Counted from the stretch's first letter, positions 12,508 to 26,050 are shown. The stretch is DNA of 59,249 nucleotides from Octopus bimaculoides (GCF_001194135.2 NC_068989.1:55636937-55696185), one strand, 5' to 3'. Numbers and translations are program-made. Notes: generated by a model not told the origin, from the letters alone.

Positions 12508-12699
12508 TATTTTTAAAATGACATTGTAGAGTAGGTATGAGAAGCCAGATCTAGCCAGTTGAACATAAAACAAGGAGGAATATTTGGGCCTGATATGGTC
12601 GGTTTAAATGCTAAAGGGTTAAAGTGCTGGTAGTCTAATGAGTTTAAAACTTGCTGGCCATTCTTAGACATGATGTTGATAGAAATCTTATTCACTGTT

Positions 12700-13740
12700 A
12701 GGTTTTTCCCCACCCCTGCTCCTTGTGTCATCAGGTGAATGAGCAACTCCAAGTGGCTTCTTTAACAAACACTCACTACTGTGGTCAGTTTGGAGTAGTT
12801 CTCAACAGTTTATGTATAGGGTGGTCACCCATCCACTATTTTATGTCATCAGTCCATTGCTGATGGTGTCTTCCACACCTGACACATACCCAGGACAGTA
12901 CCAAACATGGTGATTCACTCAAGACTGTCAAATGGCAGGTTGCAAATAGATCCAAACTAGTTGCAAATAGATCAAAGCTAGTAGGATTGCAAATTTAGTT
13001 TAGGAGCGGTGCAGACAACTTGTGTGTTATTTAGAAAGTCCCATAGCTTGCAGGTGTTTCTGAATGGCTTTGCCTAATGAAAAATTACCTTTGAATTTTT
13101 AGTAGTGTCGCCCACTTGATGATGAGCCGTGTCCTATGCGGCCCAGTTCTTGCCCATACCTGATGTAGGACATAAGCTTCAGTCTTGTGCACAGGACCCA
13201 TAATATATCACACCAGTATCATAACTTGAAGCTGCTGCTGTCTTTGTATCAGTGGTTAATGTTTAGTAGGGACTCCCCCTGGCCATACAGAGCCACTTAG
13301 AAGCCACTACTCATATCTTTGTTTTGTGGGACACACTGTGATTTTTTTCACCCTTCATGTCAGATTGCTCATACCCAGCCTGCAATAAATTTCCTAGTAA
13401 CTGTGGCAGTCATGTAGATATAGTAACCTAGATGTCTGAATTTTTTTACTTGATCAATCACCTGGTTCATTGACCAAAATCACTGGGTATTCATAAGATC
13501 TCACAACCAATATTTGGTCTTATCAGTATTCAAACATAGACTACCCAGTTAGTTCCCTGGTGTGTCTTATGCAGAGCAATAGATCTTCATTGCTGGTTGT
13601 AAGTAGGGTGATCTCTTGGGCATGTTAATGACTAACTGTTTGTTTATTTCAAAACCATACCCTTCCAGGCCATTCTCGTCACCATATATACGTCCCCATA
13701 TACATTGAGCCATAACCAAGAGCTTAAGAGTGTAAAGAAA
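12700..13740 (-). mobile_element. Highly decayed RTE-like LINE fragments
   Basis: Scattered remnants such as CLNTDKTKYW and a residual 'RWTDDIK.W.G'-like C-terminus (atggactgatgacataaaatagtggatggg); many stops. Confidence 0.4.
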
Positions 13741-14056
13741 AGCAAATCTATATGTAAAACCACTTACATACAAATATTTAAAATACACAAAATATGCACA
13801 AATGAAAAATAATTTTAAAATCTGTAGAAAGCATAACATCACAGCTTTGGTCTTTTCCTTCTAGCAATCATATAATATTCACTATACACCTTTAGCATAA
13901 ACTATAGAGGGATGTTTATTTTCCTTTCTGAGTCTTGAATGGAGTTCAGTCACAGTAAACAGATAATATTTCATGTTATAGAGCTGCTTGATGTTAAATT
14001 CTGTTGGAGCTGGAAGAAGGCTATAAAAGTAGTTAAAAGGCTATATAAAATGGAGC

Positions 14057-14095
<39 letters not shown>

Positions 14096-17000
14096 AGACC
14101 AAAAGCCATAGAAAAATCTAGGGAAAAAATGTATTTTACTTGTGCCTGTAGATTAAACAATGTTACAGCTATTAGTCTAGAATTATTTAAACTGTTGAAT
14201 GAAGATATTTAAAGTGGAAGATCAAATTTTGAAAATCTCCGAAGTTAACTACCAAGGGACTGAGAATATTTATGTAGGTGATTCTTAGTGTTGTTATGTT
14301 TTAATATTTGTAGCTGATAATATAACAAACTTTTGGAATGGTGGACGAAATCAATTAGTAATTGATTGTAGGGCATGAACTCAGAAGAGATACAGGACCT
14401 TTACTGCAGAATAGCTATTGAAGAGGTCAGCAGAAAAGGGACTTCTGGTTAGGAGGCAAATTAGACCCTGACTCAAATGGTGGATCATGCTCTCTTTCTC
14501 ATATTGTAAATGATTAACACAGAATAAACAACACTTCAACACATTCTCATTTGTGGTTATTTAACAAGAGCTATATGATGATAATCAGGACAGAGGTGGT
14601 CTTTTAACTAAAATATTTTATCAGCAAGCAGTGTCTTTATATAAAGCAAGAATTTTGAGATTATGGGAATATGGTAATTTTTTAAAAGTTATAAAATGTA
14701 TTCAGATGGTTAAGTCCAACTAAACCTGTACCAGAAAAGTCATTTAAATCACTTGAGGTGATTTATGAGGGTAAACAGTAACATTTCTATATTCCATAGT
14801 CAGCCAGAAAGATTACTATCAGAAACAAAGAGGTTGTTCTTAGTTGTAGCTAAAACTATTCATTATTACAGTTTATGTCACATTAGCAAGGTTTCAGTGA
14901 AAAAAATTCAAGTAGCCATGGGCCATTTTCTCTCATGTGCTTGATGACAAGCAATTATTAGGCAGAAAATCTCACTAACCATTGATGTCTACAAAATAAC
15001 ATTTCCTTGACATGTTCGCTCCTCTTTTGTTTGAAAGTGATTTTTATGATTCATACTATAATTTACAGCACATCTGTCACATGGTTTTTTTATGTTATTA
15101 TTTTTGTTTTCCCCTCCTTTGTGGAAATATGTCATTAGCATCTTTTCAAATGCTTTAACTTAAACAAGTTGGAGCATTTAAGATTAAAAAAAAAACTGCA
15201 AAACATCTTATGTACATAAAATACTGACTTGAATTTAAATGCTTATACTTTCTCTTGGCACTTACAAAGCTGTCATACAAAATTTCGTAAACATTTTACA
15301 ATATAAGGTAGCCAGCCATATGCCAGACACCAGTTAAAACAAAATACTTTAATTTCTCCATGAAATCGGGGAGAAATAAATACCTTATTTTCATTATTAT
15401 CTTAATGATCATAATGAAGTTTAGACAGAGCATACACTAAAGATTATATTATTATAACAACATTGAGCTATATCTCTGTTACTTTTTCTTTTTTAGAACT
15501 TCTTAACACTCTCTTTAAAATAACCCAAACCATTTCCTTATATTCATACACTCAGCTCTTCTCTTTTACGCTCAACCAAAATACTATTCTAAGAACACCC
15601 ATAGCTTATTCTACAATACAATAAAGGATTTTTTTCTTCACCCTATCAAGTGGAATTAATGGTTCCAGAAAGAACCAGGACCAGCTACCAGCTCTAAGGT
15701 TGATGGTATCCCAGGCAAGCTGAATTTTGTCACTCTTAAATATTTTTTTTTATTCATTTTCCGCAGAAAGGAAAGCTGTCTCTGAGGGAATAAAAGTGTT
15801 CATAACAATATACAAGATAAAGAAAACAGCTGAAACACAGCATCAGATTCAAATCATTTCATTACTATAGCAAAAATAAAGCAATTATTTCTCCATAACT
15901 AGAAATGATCTCAGCACATTGGACAATAGGTAAATGAAATTCAAAAGAGGGTAGAGGATCACATTTTCTCATAAATTTTCTCTTAAGTAATTAAAGGATA
16001 TTTACGAAAAAACAGATGAATGTTAGAATGATATACATTCCTCAACTTTAGATCTACAAATGTTTTCATGACCCATTTTATATCTATCTATTTTTCAATA
16101 TCATTTCGTGTTGACAAAATTACCAAAGAATTTAATCTGCTTTGTGTTGTGGATGACTAAATATCTTTCTAATTTTTAGTTTGCAAAAACTTTTCTCCTG
16201 TGGCCACAAACATATGTAAACATATAAAGAGACAAGCCCCTAACACTGGTGCCCTGGACAACAACCTAGATTGCAGACACTTCAACCAGCCTTGGCAGGG
16301 ACAACCGTGAGATAATGTCTTTTGATTACATACTAGATATAGTAAATTGTTTCTACCAGCTTGATGAAATATTTGATATTTGGTCATAGCTAGGGCGTAA
16401 AGGAGATGAAATAAGTCGGAGTCATTCTATGTAAAAGGTAGATTGTATGAAGCCTGCCTAAGGAACATAATATTGAATGAAAGTAAGACTTGGATACCAA
16501 AGTGAAAGATTTGCAGAGGCTGGAGAGAATTGTGTAAGAACTAAATGGATGAACAACATTAATTTGCATAGAAGGCAAATTACATGTGCCCAGAACTAAC
16601 AGTGAAAAATAAAGACAAACAGGTGAAGAAATAGGGGTTATATCTAAGGACTATGGTATGGACAAGATCACAATACACCATGCAGCAAACCTGTCCAGTT
16701 AACGTCAACATGGAAAACTGGAAATGACAATAATGATGATAGATACCATCATGCTAACTGAAGCTTTGTAAGAAAAGCTTCTCAATCAATAGTGTTCCAT
16801 AGTAAATTAATTATAAAGTTTATAATATAGAATATTTCAAAAAAGGAAGATAAGTTGGAATGTAAAAGATACAGATGAATAACATAACCAAGACTGCATC
16901 AAAAACTAGGTTTGATGATTTTTTAGGGCCAGAAAATATTCCAGCCCTGAATAGTGGCTGATTGATCTCAAGACACAGAACTATCTTATATTAAAGTACA

Positions 17001-18784
17001 GCAGATCTTAAATCTGAAGTATGGCAAATCCTAGCTTATTGGCTTACCAATAATCAGTTAATCAATGTTTATGTTATATTTCTGTTTGAGCAGAATTCAA
17101 ACAGTACAACCTACAACAAATAGTATTTATAGGGAAAAGAAACACATGTGCAATTATATTTAACTTTGTATCATCATCATCATTGTCTTTAATAATCAAA
17201 TTACCAATATCTAATACACTAGTTTTCCATATATGATTTCTTAATAACTTCACAAACCAAAATGTTTCACAAAATACATAGAACAGTCAATAAACCTGCA
17301 AGTTAATTACCAATAATTCAGAATGATTTCATTTCATTGAAAATATTATTTCAGTTATAGCGATTACACTGATGGTTTAATAAATTGAATATCTTTAACT
17401 GGTGTTTTAGAATAAAGTTTAATGTCTTATTTTCCTGCTCTGATTATGAATGGCTTTCATCTTTCTGTGCAATGTTGTCTTGTAAAATAGGGTTATACAA
17501 AAAACATACCCGGGTTTATACAAGTTACCTAACATAAACACTTGCAAATAAACCATTATAATATATTGAAAACAAAAATATAAAATTAAAAAGAAAAAAG
17601 CTAATAGTGATTAATAATAGCTAAAACAGACAGTTACTAAATCATGACAATGTGTGCCAATGTTAGGCCAGGAACTGGAAGTTTCAAAGCACTGACTCAT
17701 GTTTATATAGTTTTCAGTTGGCAAACATCTGCTGCACCTGCAATCCAATAGATAACCTGTTAGGTCACACTGACAAGCTAAATCAGCACTCATTTATCTG
17801 AAAATATGTTGCAAATGAACATATTGGTTCCCCTTCAATGGAGAGACTACTTGAAACAAAGGCAAAATTATTATTGCTTCAAACTATATCACCTGAAAAT
17901 ACAACATGTATAATGTGGGGGATTTTTCTTTGTTTTTCGTTGTTGTAGTTTGAACCTCTTGCAAGTATTGCACAAGTAAGACAAGTTATATTTCTTGAAA
18001 AATGATTTTTAGACCATTCCTATCATCATCCCCATCTAATCACTCACTAAACAAAAATTAATCTCCACAAGTTTGTCACATCTGCTTGCTTGTGTTTGTG
18101 ATAGATAAAAAAGAAACGAAGAGGTGATGGCAAACTTGGTAGTGGGATGACAGAAATACTATGGTGAAAAAAAAATCAAACAACATTTCAACTTTGTGTG
18201 AGTATATATGTGTATGTATGTAAAAAGGGCAGTATGTGAATGTTTGTGTGTGTGTGTGTTTATGTGTGCCATGGAAGTGGGATGGTGAACATTCAATGCT
18301 GAAAAGAAAAATCAAACAGTGTTTCAACTCTGTGTGAGTATATGTATGAATGTGTATGCGTGTACAAGGGAAGTATGTGTGAACCTGTGTTCTTTCAATA
18401 ACAAACCATGATCAATGTTACATCTCAAAATACAACCACTAGATAACATTGACAAGTGTATTAATTTGAATTACCATCCACATTCTATCTTTTGTCCTTA
18501 TTTATATATAAAATACTACAATTAACCGTTATTTTTGATAGCACAGTGCCAGCTAGTTTTATAATAATTACTGAACAGAATTAAAAAGTCTTTTTTGTTA
18601 TCTCTTTTGAAATTTATTGCACTTTTAACAAATTATTTGCATATTAAGTAGGCATCCCAACTCAACTTAACATATGTTGAGTGATCTAGTAGCTACAATA
18701 GAAATGACATGAGCCAGACGTAAAATGAAATGCAATAAAATTGTTTTGACACACATTGGTATGTAAGAGTACATTTTCTTTTAC

Positions 18785-18990
18785 ATATTGGTTTCAAATT
18801 TTGTCACAAGGCCAGCAATTTCAAAGAGGAAGTAAGTCAATTACATCAACCCCAGTATTCAACTGGTTCTTACTTATCAACCCCAAAGGATGAAAAGCAA
18901 AGTCAACATCAGCAGAATTTGAACTCAGAACGTAAGGACCGATAAAATGCCATTAAGCATTTTATCCAGCATGCTAATGATTCTGCCACC
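18785..18990 (-). mobile_element. tRNA-derived SINE (family B)
   Basis: Reverse complement of ggcagaatcattagcatgctggataaaatgc...gttctgagttcaaattctgctg; same family as 34600, 45279, 55765 and 56205. Confidence 0.85.
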
Positions 18991-19101
18991 TTCATTTTCT
19001 TTTATATATTAGTTGTTATAATAGTTAGCTGTACAATATGCTACTGAAATACATTGATATAGAGAAAAATTTCCTTTTGTTGGCATTTATTAAACTTTGG
19101 G

Positions 19102-19319
19102 TTAACCCTTTTGATACCAACCTACCTGAGACCACTCCTGGTTTTATGATACAAACTTCCTTTTTTAAGGTGATCCTTTATCAAAACCTCATGTTAATTT
19201 ATATTCTAAATACCAACTTAATAATGACAAAGTTATTTTATTAAATTCTTCATTAAGTTCATAATTAATAGAAATAAAGATGGTGAATTTCAACAGAAAT
19301 ATGGTAACAAAAGAGTTAG
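19102..19319. mobile_element. Second TTAA-CCCTT-ended MITE family
   Basis: TTAAcccttttgatacca... and ...ggtaacaaaagagttag imperfect terminal inverted repeats; interior differs from the 20836 family. Confidence 0.65.
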
Positions 19320-20254
19320 TATGGCTATTTCTTTTGATAATGTAATCGAATGGTAAAGAAGATTTACAAAAAAATAACATAGATTAACTTGTTTAACTTC
19401 AAAACACTCACCAAAAAAAGGGATTAAGAAACCCATACCACAATCCACTACTTTGTTTTATTGATGATTTACAAAAGATAAATTTTATAAAGCAAATGGA
19501 AGAATTTGTCTTGGATAAAGCTATTTTAATCTAAATACTAAAAGTACAGGAATATAAAATTCAATTCTCAAATTAATGAGCACTGACCGAAAATATAAGG
19601 CAATTTATACAAACAAGAGAACTGACATTTTCCAAAAGGTTAGAGAAATTGCCACTCTCCAAGATGAAGTGTGGAAATCTTAAACCAAGTTACTGCCTCT
19701 CTAGGTAGAAAGGTGTTAGCTAAAGTAGTTCAAGTGTAAATCTAAATTCTCAAGAGGGCATTACCAGTTTACAACTTATTAAGTTATATATCACTGGAGT
19801 AATAATAATTGTCCACAAAGTTTGGGAATTCTTAAATGTATCTCAGGGAGGATAGAACACTACTGGGAATGGGAAATATGGTCCATTTTGACTGGCAAAT
19901 TTCTACTGTCAACTAACTTTAAAATATGTGGTTCAATAAATTGATATACAAATGTGTCATAGTTTCAAAAAATCTTAACATTTTAACAGTCACTTTTGAA
20001 GTTGAATTACTTTCAGTTCAATACTGATAAATGAAACATAGTTAGAACTTCAACAGAAGTCTTCCAGTGAAATTAAGGCTCAATCTTCATAACATTTTGT
20101 TTCGTTTTTTTCTCTCACAGGTATCCTAAGCAGAAAGAGATCTTTCTTAAAACAGTATTTTAACATTTAACTTAGAAGTGGACTGTCAAACATTAGGAAA
20201 AGGAAAATACAGTTGAATCATTGTTTGAATTTAGTTTTAAGATACATCTCTTGA

Positions 20255-20520
20255 ATGCTCCGGAATGCATTGTCAGTGATGCTTCTGAGTCTCAAGGGGT
20301 TGCCCAGTTGACCCAACCAGGGTTGATCAAATCCCAGATTGCATCCCAAAAGCAACAAAGCCCTCTTTATCTGAAGCCACCTATCTGCAGCTTCAGTGAT
20401 GGGATTTATAGCCCTTTTTTTTTTTTTTGATGCACCAATAACTCTAAGCCCAATCAGAGCTTTGCGAGCAGCCAACTTCAGTTGCCTCACAACATGCCTA
20501 CCAGTTTCAATTTCTGCACT
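20255..20520 (-). mobile_element. HERO-like RLE non-LTR retrotransposon 3' end relic
   Basis: IETG...LRVIGASKKKKRAINPITEAADRWLQIKR resembles the HERO C-terminus (LGI.GA.KRRAI..ITEAAE.ASRWLWIKR); followed by a gatcaaccctggttgggtcaactggg...catcactga 3' UTR motif. Confidence 0.7.
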
Positions 20521-20835
20521 GCTCTAACCAATCATATAATTATTTCTTAACTTGTTTTATACATTAGACAAGAAAAATCAGTGACAATTATAGTATTTTA
20601 TATTATTTGATTTTGTATTATTTGATACTCAAAATGGCTAGAACTATCAAAATGTAATCGTAAAAGGATTAATTACAACAAAAATCTAATAGTTCAACAA
20701 GTCAGTACAAACACAAAAAAATGAAAAAGCTTGAGAATTGCTTTTTTGCAAAGAAATTTCTAGCTTCAATATTTACTCAATCACAAGAGCAGGAGAATGG
20801 TCAATATTTGTTAGAACAATGGCTTTTTACACAGC

Positions 20836-21056
20836 TTAACCCTTTAACATTCAGATTACTGTCAAATGTAATGCTTATTTATTCACATTGTTTAGTATTA
20901 ATCATGCATTATTTTGTAGCTTTGAGATTTTGATGATGTGATAGTTTACTTTTTTAAATCGTATTGCAGGATAGGCGTAAGAGACCAGATCTAGCCTGTT
21001 TAATACAAGTAGAGTATTTGAGCCAGATATGGCTGGTTTGTATGCTAAATGGTTTA
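20836..21056. mobile_element. TTAA-flanked piggyBac-like MITE (about 220 bp)
   Basis: TTAAccctttaacattcag...tatgctaaatggTTTA; inverted ends; several copies in the window. Confidence 0.85.
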
Positions 21057-22201
21057 TACTTTTTAATTGCCAGCCACTTAAACATTTTGTCACAGACTGA
21101 ACTCATAAGCTACCTAATATGAAGAATATAGTTTGAACCTTTATGATATGTGTCTACAAATATCTTAAGATAGCTTCTTCAATTTCTAGAAATTCCTTAA
21201 TGCTAACCACTTACTTTACATCTGCAGTTCCTGTTCAAATATTGTAAATAAAATTTACACATTTTTTCCCCCTTAAGTATTTCATTCAAATAACATTCAC
21301 CAACAAATTTGATCTTTCAATTCCTGATGCATTTCCAGATATTGATACCTTTTCATTCTTAAAACAACTTAAAACTAACTACCCACACACAATATAATCT
21401 ATAACAAATCACAATCAATACTGGACTGACTGAACATGAAAACAACTTTCCTACACTTCGTCAGTAATTTTGATTCTGTTCTCAGGTTATTAACTAACCA
21501 AAATTGCTTTAACCATAAAGCAATGACAAATTAATTATTTCTCCGGACTCCAGGTTTATATATCATTTCAAGACCCCTTGATTTTCTAAGTATGGTTTGG
21601 TTTCATATCTGTTTTATTACTCACTGTTATCAACATTCTGTCTGTCTGCCAATATATATATATACACATAGGCAGACACGAATAAAAGTCACTCTGTGTA
21701 TGTATATATATATATATATGTACATATATGAAATTCTAACTCTTCCACTCAATGAATTAACAGACTCATTTGATGACATTGCTTACATAATCTCAACCCA
21801 TAACAGGAAGAGTGACATTCCATCTCCAATCATAAATACACAAACTAGAATCTTGGCTCCAAAAGAATAGATTAAAAGATATCCAACTTCATGCAGACAT
21901 TAAAAACACAACAGAATTCAGACAATATTCTAAAGTCATTGTTTCTTTCACTTGTCTCTATCCACAAAAACAACAATAAAATGCACTTTTTATCCAGAGC
22001 CAAACTGCTTTGGGTTGCCTTCCATAACAAATGTCTACACCTCAGCCATATAGTAAACCATTAATAATCACTGTCAGCTATATTGCTTACATGCTAACCA
22101 TATCCATGTGGCTTCTCTCAAGCGAATGAAGAAACTTCTACATGGTTGCTTGCTTTGGAAGAAATTACAGCTAAGTTTCCCTCAAATCACACCATATTAT
22201 C

Positions 22202-22430
22202 TTAACCCTTTAGCAGTTAAACCAACCGTATCCATCCCAAAATATTCTAGCTGTGTTATGTTCAAACTAGCTACATCTAGACTCTCATACTTACCCTTCA
22301 ATGCCATTCTGAAAACAAACAGCTGCATCACTGAAACTGCAAATCTACAAGCTAATGCATGATTAATTCAAAACAATGTGATTAACTAAACATTACATCT
22401 GACAGAGTAATCTGAGTGCTAAAGGGTTAG
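22202..22430. mobile_element. TTAA-flanked MITE, opposite orientation to 20836
   Basis: TTAAccctttagcag...gtgctaaagggTTAG. Confidence 0.85.
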
Positions 22431-22781
22431 ATAAAGAAGACCACATGAAACAATGTAGACCTACATACATTTGACAGAGTAATGTTAGAATTGAACTACA
22501 ACTTTACGTCACTGTGTAAGTGATGCAGTTGTGTGGTGTGTGATCACAACTGTACATTCTCTTGTAGTATTTGGTAATATGCCATGATATGTGTGATTTT
22601 GGCATTGAATAGGTAGCTATATCTGGGCCTTTGGAATATTGTTTGCTCTGGAAATGGAGAAGTTGTTGATTAGTCTCAGATTAACAATAACCAAGAAGAT
22701 ATACTATAATCAAAAACATCCCAGCTAAGACCATTCCATATTTTGGGTATCTAGGACTACATTTTTTCATGTGTTTATTAT

Positions 22782-23009
22782 TTAATCCTTTAGCATTTAA
22801 CCCAGCCATATCTGACCCAAATATTCAACCTATTTTATGCTCAAACTGGTCGTATCTAACCTCTCACACCTATCCTACAATATCATTCTAAAAATAAACA
22901 ATCACATCATCAAAATCTCAAAGCTACAAAATAATTCATAGTCTATTCAAAACAATGTGAATGAATAAGCATTACACTTAACAGAGTAATGTTAATGCTA
23001 AAAGGTTAA
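22782..23009. mobile_element. TTAA-flanked MITE
   Basis: TTAAtcctttagcatttaa...aatgctaaaaggTTAA. Confidence 0.85.
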
Positions 23010-23384
23010 CTTGAAAAACAAGTAAGATTCAGCAATAGGAATGGCATTCAGCTGCAAGGTAATACCTCCATAATAAATTTTACCAATATTTACCTAACCC
23101 ATGTTAGCATGGAATAACAAACATAAAAACAAATGATATTCTTTCTTTCAATCAACTTGTCTACTTATTCATCACCACCATGCTTAAAATTTTCATTTAT
23201 CTCATACGCATATATATCTGTGTCCTTTGCCTTAGACCTTCAGTTCAAAATCATCCACTTATTCAATTACGTAATTCATGTTATAGTGTTAATGAAAGAA
23301 GTTATTTACTTCTTGAGATGTGTAGAACTGCCTCTCAGCTACTATTGTTTCCAGGCCTACTGTGAGGAAAAGTAGTGGTACCTG

Positions 23385-23830
23385 TCAGGGTCCCAACTAT
23401 GGAGTAATTAGCAAGTCAGTTGTGAAGATGGAGCTTGTTAACCTGGTAGAGGGGGCTCGTCTGGGAAAAAGTAAACACTCTGATTCCAAACCTTTGCTAC
23501 CTTTTGGCCCTATTCATCCACAGGAAAAACTTCAGGAGTAAGCCCCACGAAAAAATTTGGAGCCAGCAACCGTGAGGCAGTTTGACGTTGTCTATAATCT
23601 CAATGTGGCAACTTCTGTGATGATGCTGGTGCCAAATTGTAATGCCCATGTTTTTGAATTGATCAGTAACATGGAGAAGGGAGACACACTGCATGGGCAA
23701 CAACTTGTCCTCAATACCATACTGCCCAGGGCTGGATCCTATCAAATACCCGGTACTGAAGAAATAGAACTGGACAACACACCCTAGACAGGACATTCAG
23801 GTCTCGCCTACTGCATCAACACATGGAGAG
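23385..23830 (+). mobile_element. RTE-clade LINE 5' region relic
   Basis: aggaaaaacttcaggagtaagcccc..gaaaaaatttggagcc..aggcagtttgacgttgtctataatctc..tggcaacttctgtga resembles RTE 5' UTRs as I recall them. Confidence 0.5.
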
Positions 23831-24085
23831 CAACAGTTAATGATTATAAGTCATTGCTACAACCCAAAAAAGCACTGGGAAAGCCCATAAATGTGGCTTG
23901 TGTGGCAGAGACTGCCATTTGCATCAGATAATGCTGTTCCAATAGGACAAACAACTAGGACCCTCATCTATGGTTACAAATGACAAAGAGCAGCCACCCT
24001 AGCTGCTTATCTGAATAATCAAAATGAATGACTGACAGTAATTTTGACACTATCCATCCACAGTATACCAGTTTTTTGTTTGTTT

Positions 24086-24284
24086 ATTCTTTTATTTGTT
24101 TCAGTCATTTTGACTGCGGCCATGCTGGAGCACTGCCTTTAGTCAAGCAAATCAACCACAGGACTTAATCTTTGGAAGCCTAGTACTTATTCTATCAATC
24201 TCTTTTGCCGAACCACTAAGTTACAGGAATGCAAACACACCAACATCAGTTGTCAAGTGATGGTTGTGGGGACAAACACAGCCA

Positions 24285-24323
<39 letters not shown>

Positions 24324-24478
24324 GATGAGCTTCTTTCAGTTTCCATCTACCAAATACACTTACAAGGCTTTGGTCGGCCCGAGGCTATAGTAGAAGATAC
24401 TTGCCCAAGGTGCCAAGCAGTGGGACTGAACCCAGAACCATGTGGTTGGTAAGCAAGCTTCTTACCACACAGCCACTC
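24086..24478 (-). mobile_element. tRNA-derived SINE (family A), near full length
   Basis: Head gtggctgtgtggtaagaagcttgcttaccaaccacatggttctgggttcagtcccac, internal (CA)n, tail gactgaaacaaataaaagaat. Confidence 0.92.
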
Positions 24479-25037
24479 TATTTCTTTGTCATTTTTTTCA
24501 GAGATACATTTCAAAATCAAATACTACCATGGTATTAGATTTGAGTCAACACAGATATGGCTCAGTCACATTTAAAATCACCTTCAAAACAGCTAAATCC
24601 ATCAAGTGCTTCTCAGGGTTCCAACGTACAAAGCCCACCACAATTAGATATTGAGGAATCACAGTTATTTCCCATGTACTGAAGCTATTTTCCAGTTCCA
24701 CCTTTCTTGTCAGAACCGAAAATTTCTAGATACATAGAAAACAAAAAAACATGCTTGAATATTAGGGTTTGGTCATCTTGAACCAGATTAAAACATGGTA
24801 GTGTGGATCTATAAATCAATAGTTACATTCATAGCATTGATAGTCAAAGACAACACCTACCAATACCAAAAGTTAATTTCATTTTTGCAGCTCTCTGTAA
24901 TGTTATTATCTTGAAAGTATAGTTGTCAATATTCATGCCAACTGAATTTCTCTCTCTCTCTCTCTCTTTTATACAAAATATGATGTAGATAATTATCTAT
25001 ATATCATACATACATACATACATACACACACATATAA

Positions 25038-25068
<31 letters not shown>

Positions 25069-25091
25069 ATGTGTGTGTATGATATAATAAC

Positions 25092-25128
<37 letters not shown>

Positions 25129-25139
25129 TGATTATTATA

Positions 25140-26050
25140 TAAATCAACCTTCAGCTTCGTACTAAATGGTCCTTATTCATTTTGGACATCACCTGGACAA
25201 TGGCAGCATTCAATGAAGTTATGGTATTGTGGGGATGTTGATTAGTCTTCCTTTTAACAATACTTCATGGGATTTAAACCTGACAAATCTTGATGTCACA
25301 AGTTTGGTGTCTGATGATTGTAAAAATTGTCTGACATCCATTCATAGGTTTTGCCAGTTTTGTCAAAAAATGCTGAGTCAAGTTGAAACCATATGGTCTT
25401 GCAATGCTTAGTTTATCCATCCATGGCTTAACAACTGATTCCAATACCTCAACGTATTCTTTTATTCTTTTACTTGTTTCAGTCATTAGACTGTGGCCAT
25501 GCTGTAGCAATGCCTTTAAGGGTTTTTTAGTCAAACAAACCAACCCCAGGACTCATTCTTTGTAAGCCTAGTACTTATTCTATCAGTCTCTTTTGCCGAA
25601 CCACTAGTTTACAGCTACATAAATACACCAACATCAGTTGTCAAGTAATTGTGGTGGGGGCAAACACAGATACAAAAACATACACACACACACACATATA
25701 CAGCCAGCTTCTTTCAGTTTCCGTCTACCAAATCCACTCACAAGGCTTTGGTCAGCCCAAGGCTGTAGTAGAAGACACTTGCTCAGCCCAAGGCTGTAGT
25801 AGAAGACACTTGCCCAAAGTGTCCTGCAGACAGACTGAACCTAGAACCATGTGACTGAGAAGCAAGCTTCTTATTACACAACCACACCTGCGCCTATGTA
25901 TCTTTAATTCTAAAACCCTGTGGAAAGAGGTCTTCGAATGACCTACATTACTCACCACTACTAAAACCATCACAGTTGCAGGTAACTTTGTGTGCACCAC
26001 TCTGGGGCCATTGTAAGGATCTGTGCATCACCATCTGTTATTTGTCCTGC
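25140..26050 (-). mobile_element. DD37D transposase relic interrupted by a SINE
   Basis: NNRW*CTDP..PRVVHTKLPATVMVLVVVSN (25896-26050) continues as YVEVLESVVKPWMDK...RPY (25140-25456) on the other side of the SINE. Confidence 0.75.
25457..25895 (-). mobile_element. SINE family A, with an internal 31-bp tandem duplication
   Basis: Same family as 24086; tcagcccaaggctgtagtagaagacacttgc occurs twice at 25752-25813. Confidence 0.92.

Larger units (their letters stand above)
11352..12622. mobile_element. TTAA-ended MITE split into halves at 11352-11460 and 12508-12622
   Basis: The two halves join to match the intact copy at 20836-21056 (gcattcagattactctgtc...attgtt|tatttttaaaatgacattg...aatgctaaagggTTAA). 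Confidence 0.85.

Noticed and set aside
17630-17810. Cys-rich 60-aa minus-strand ORF
   Set aside because: No domain-like spacing, all frames from the acceptor are closed, and the donors are weak
24420-24478. tRNA-like A/B-box sequences here and in other SINE heads
   Set aside because: SINE heads that continue into the SINE body; no cloverleaf tRNA gene
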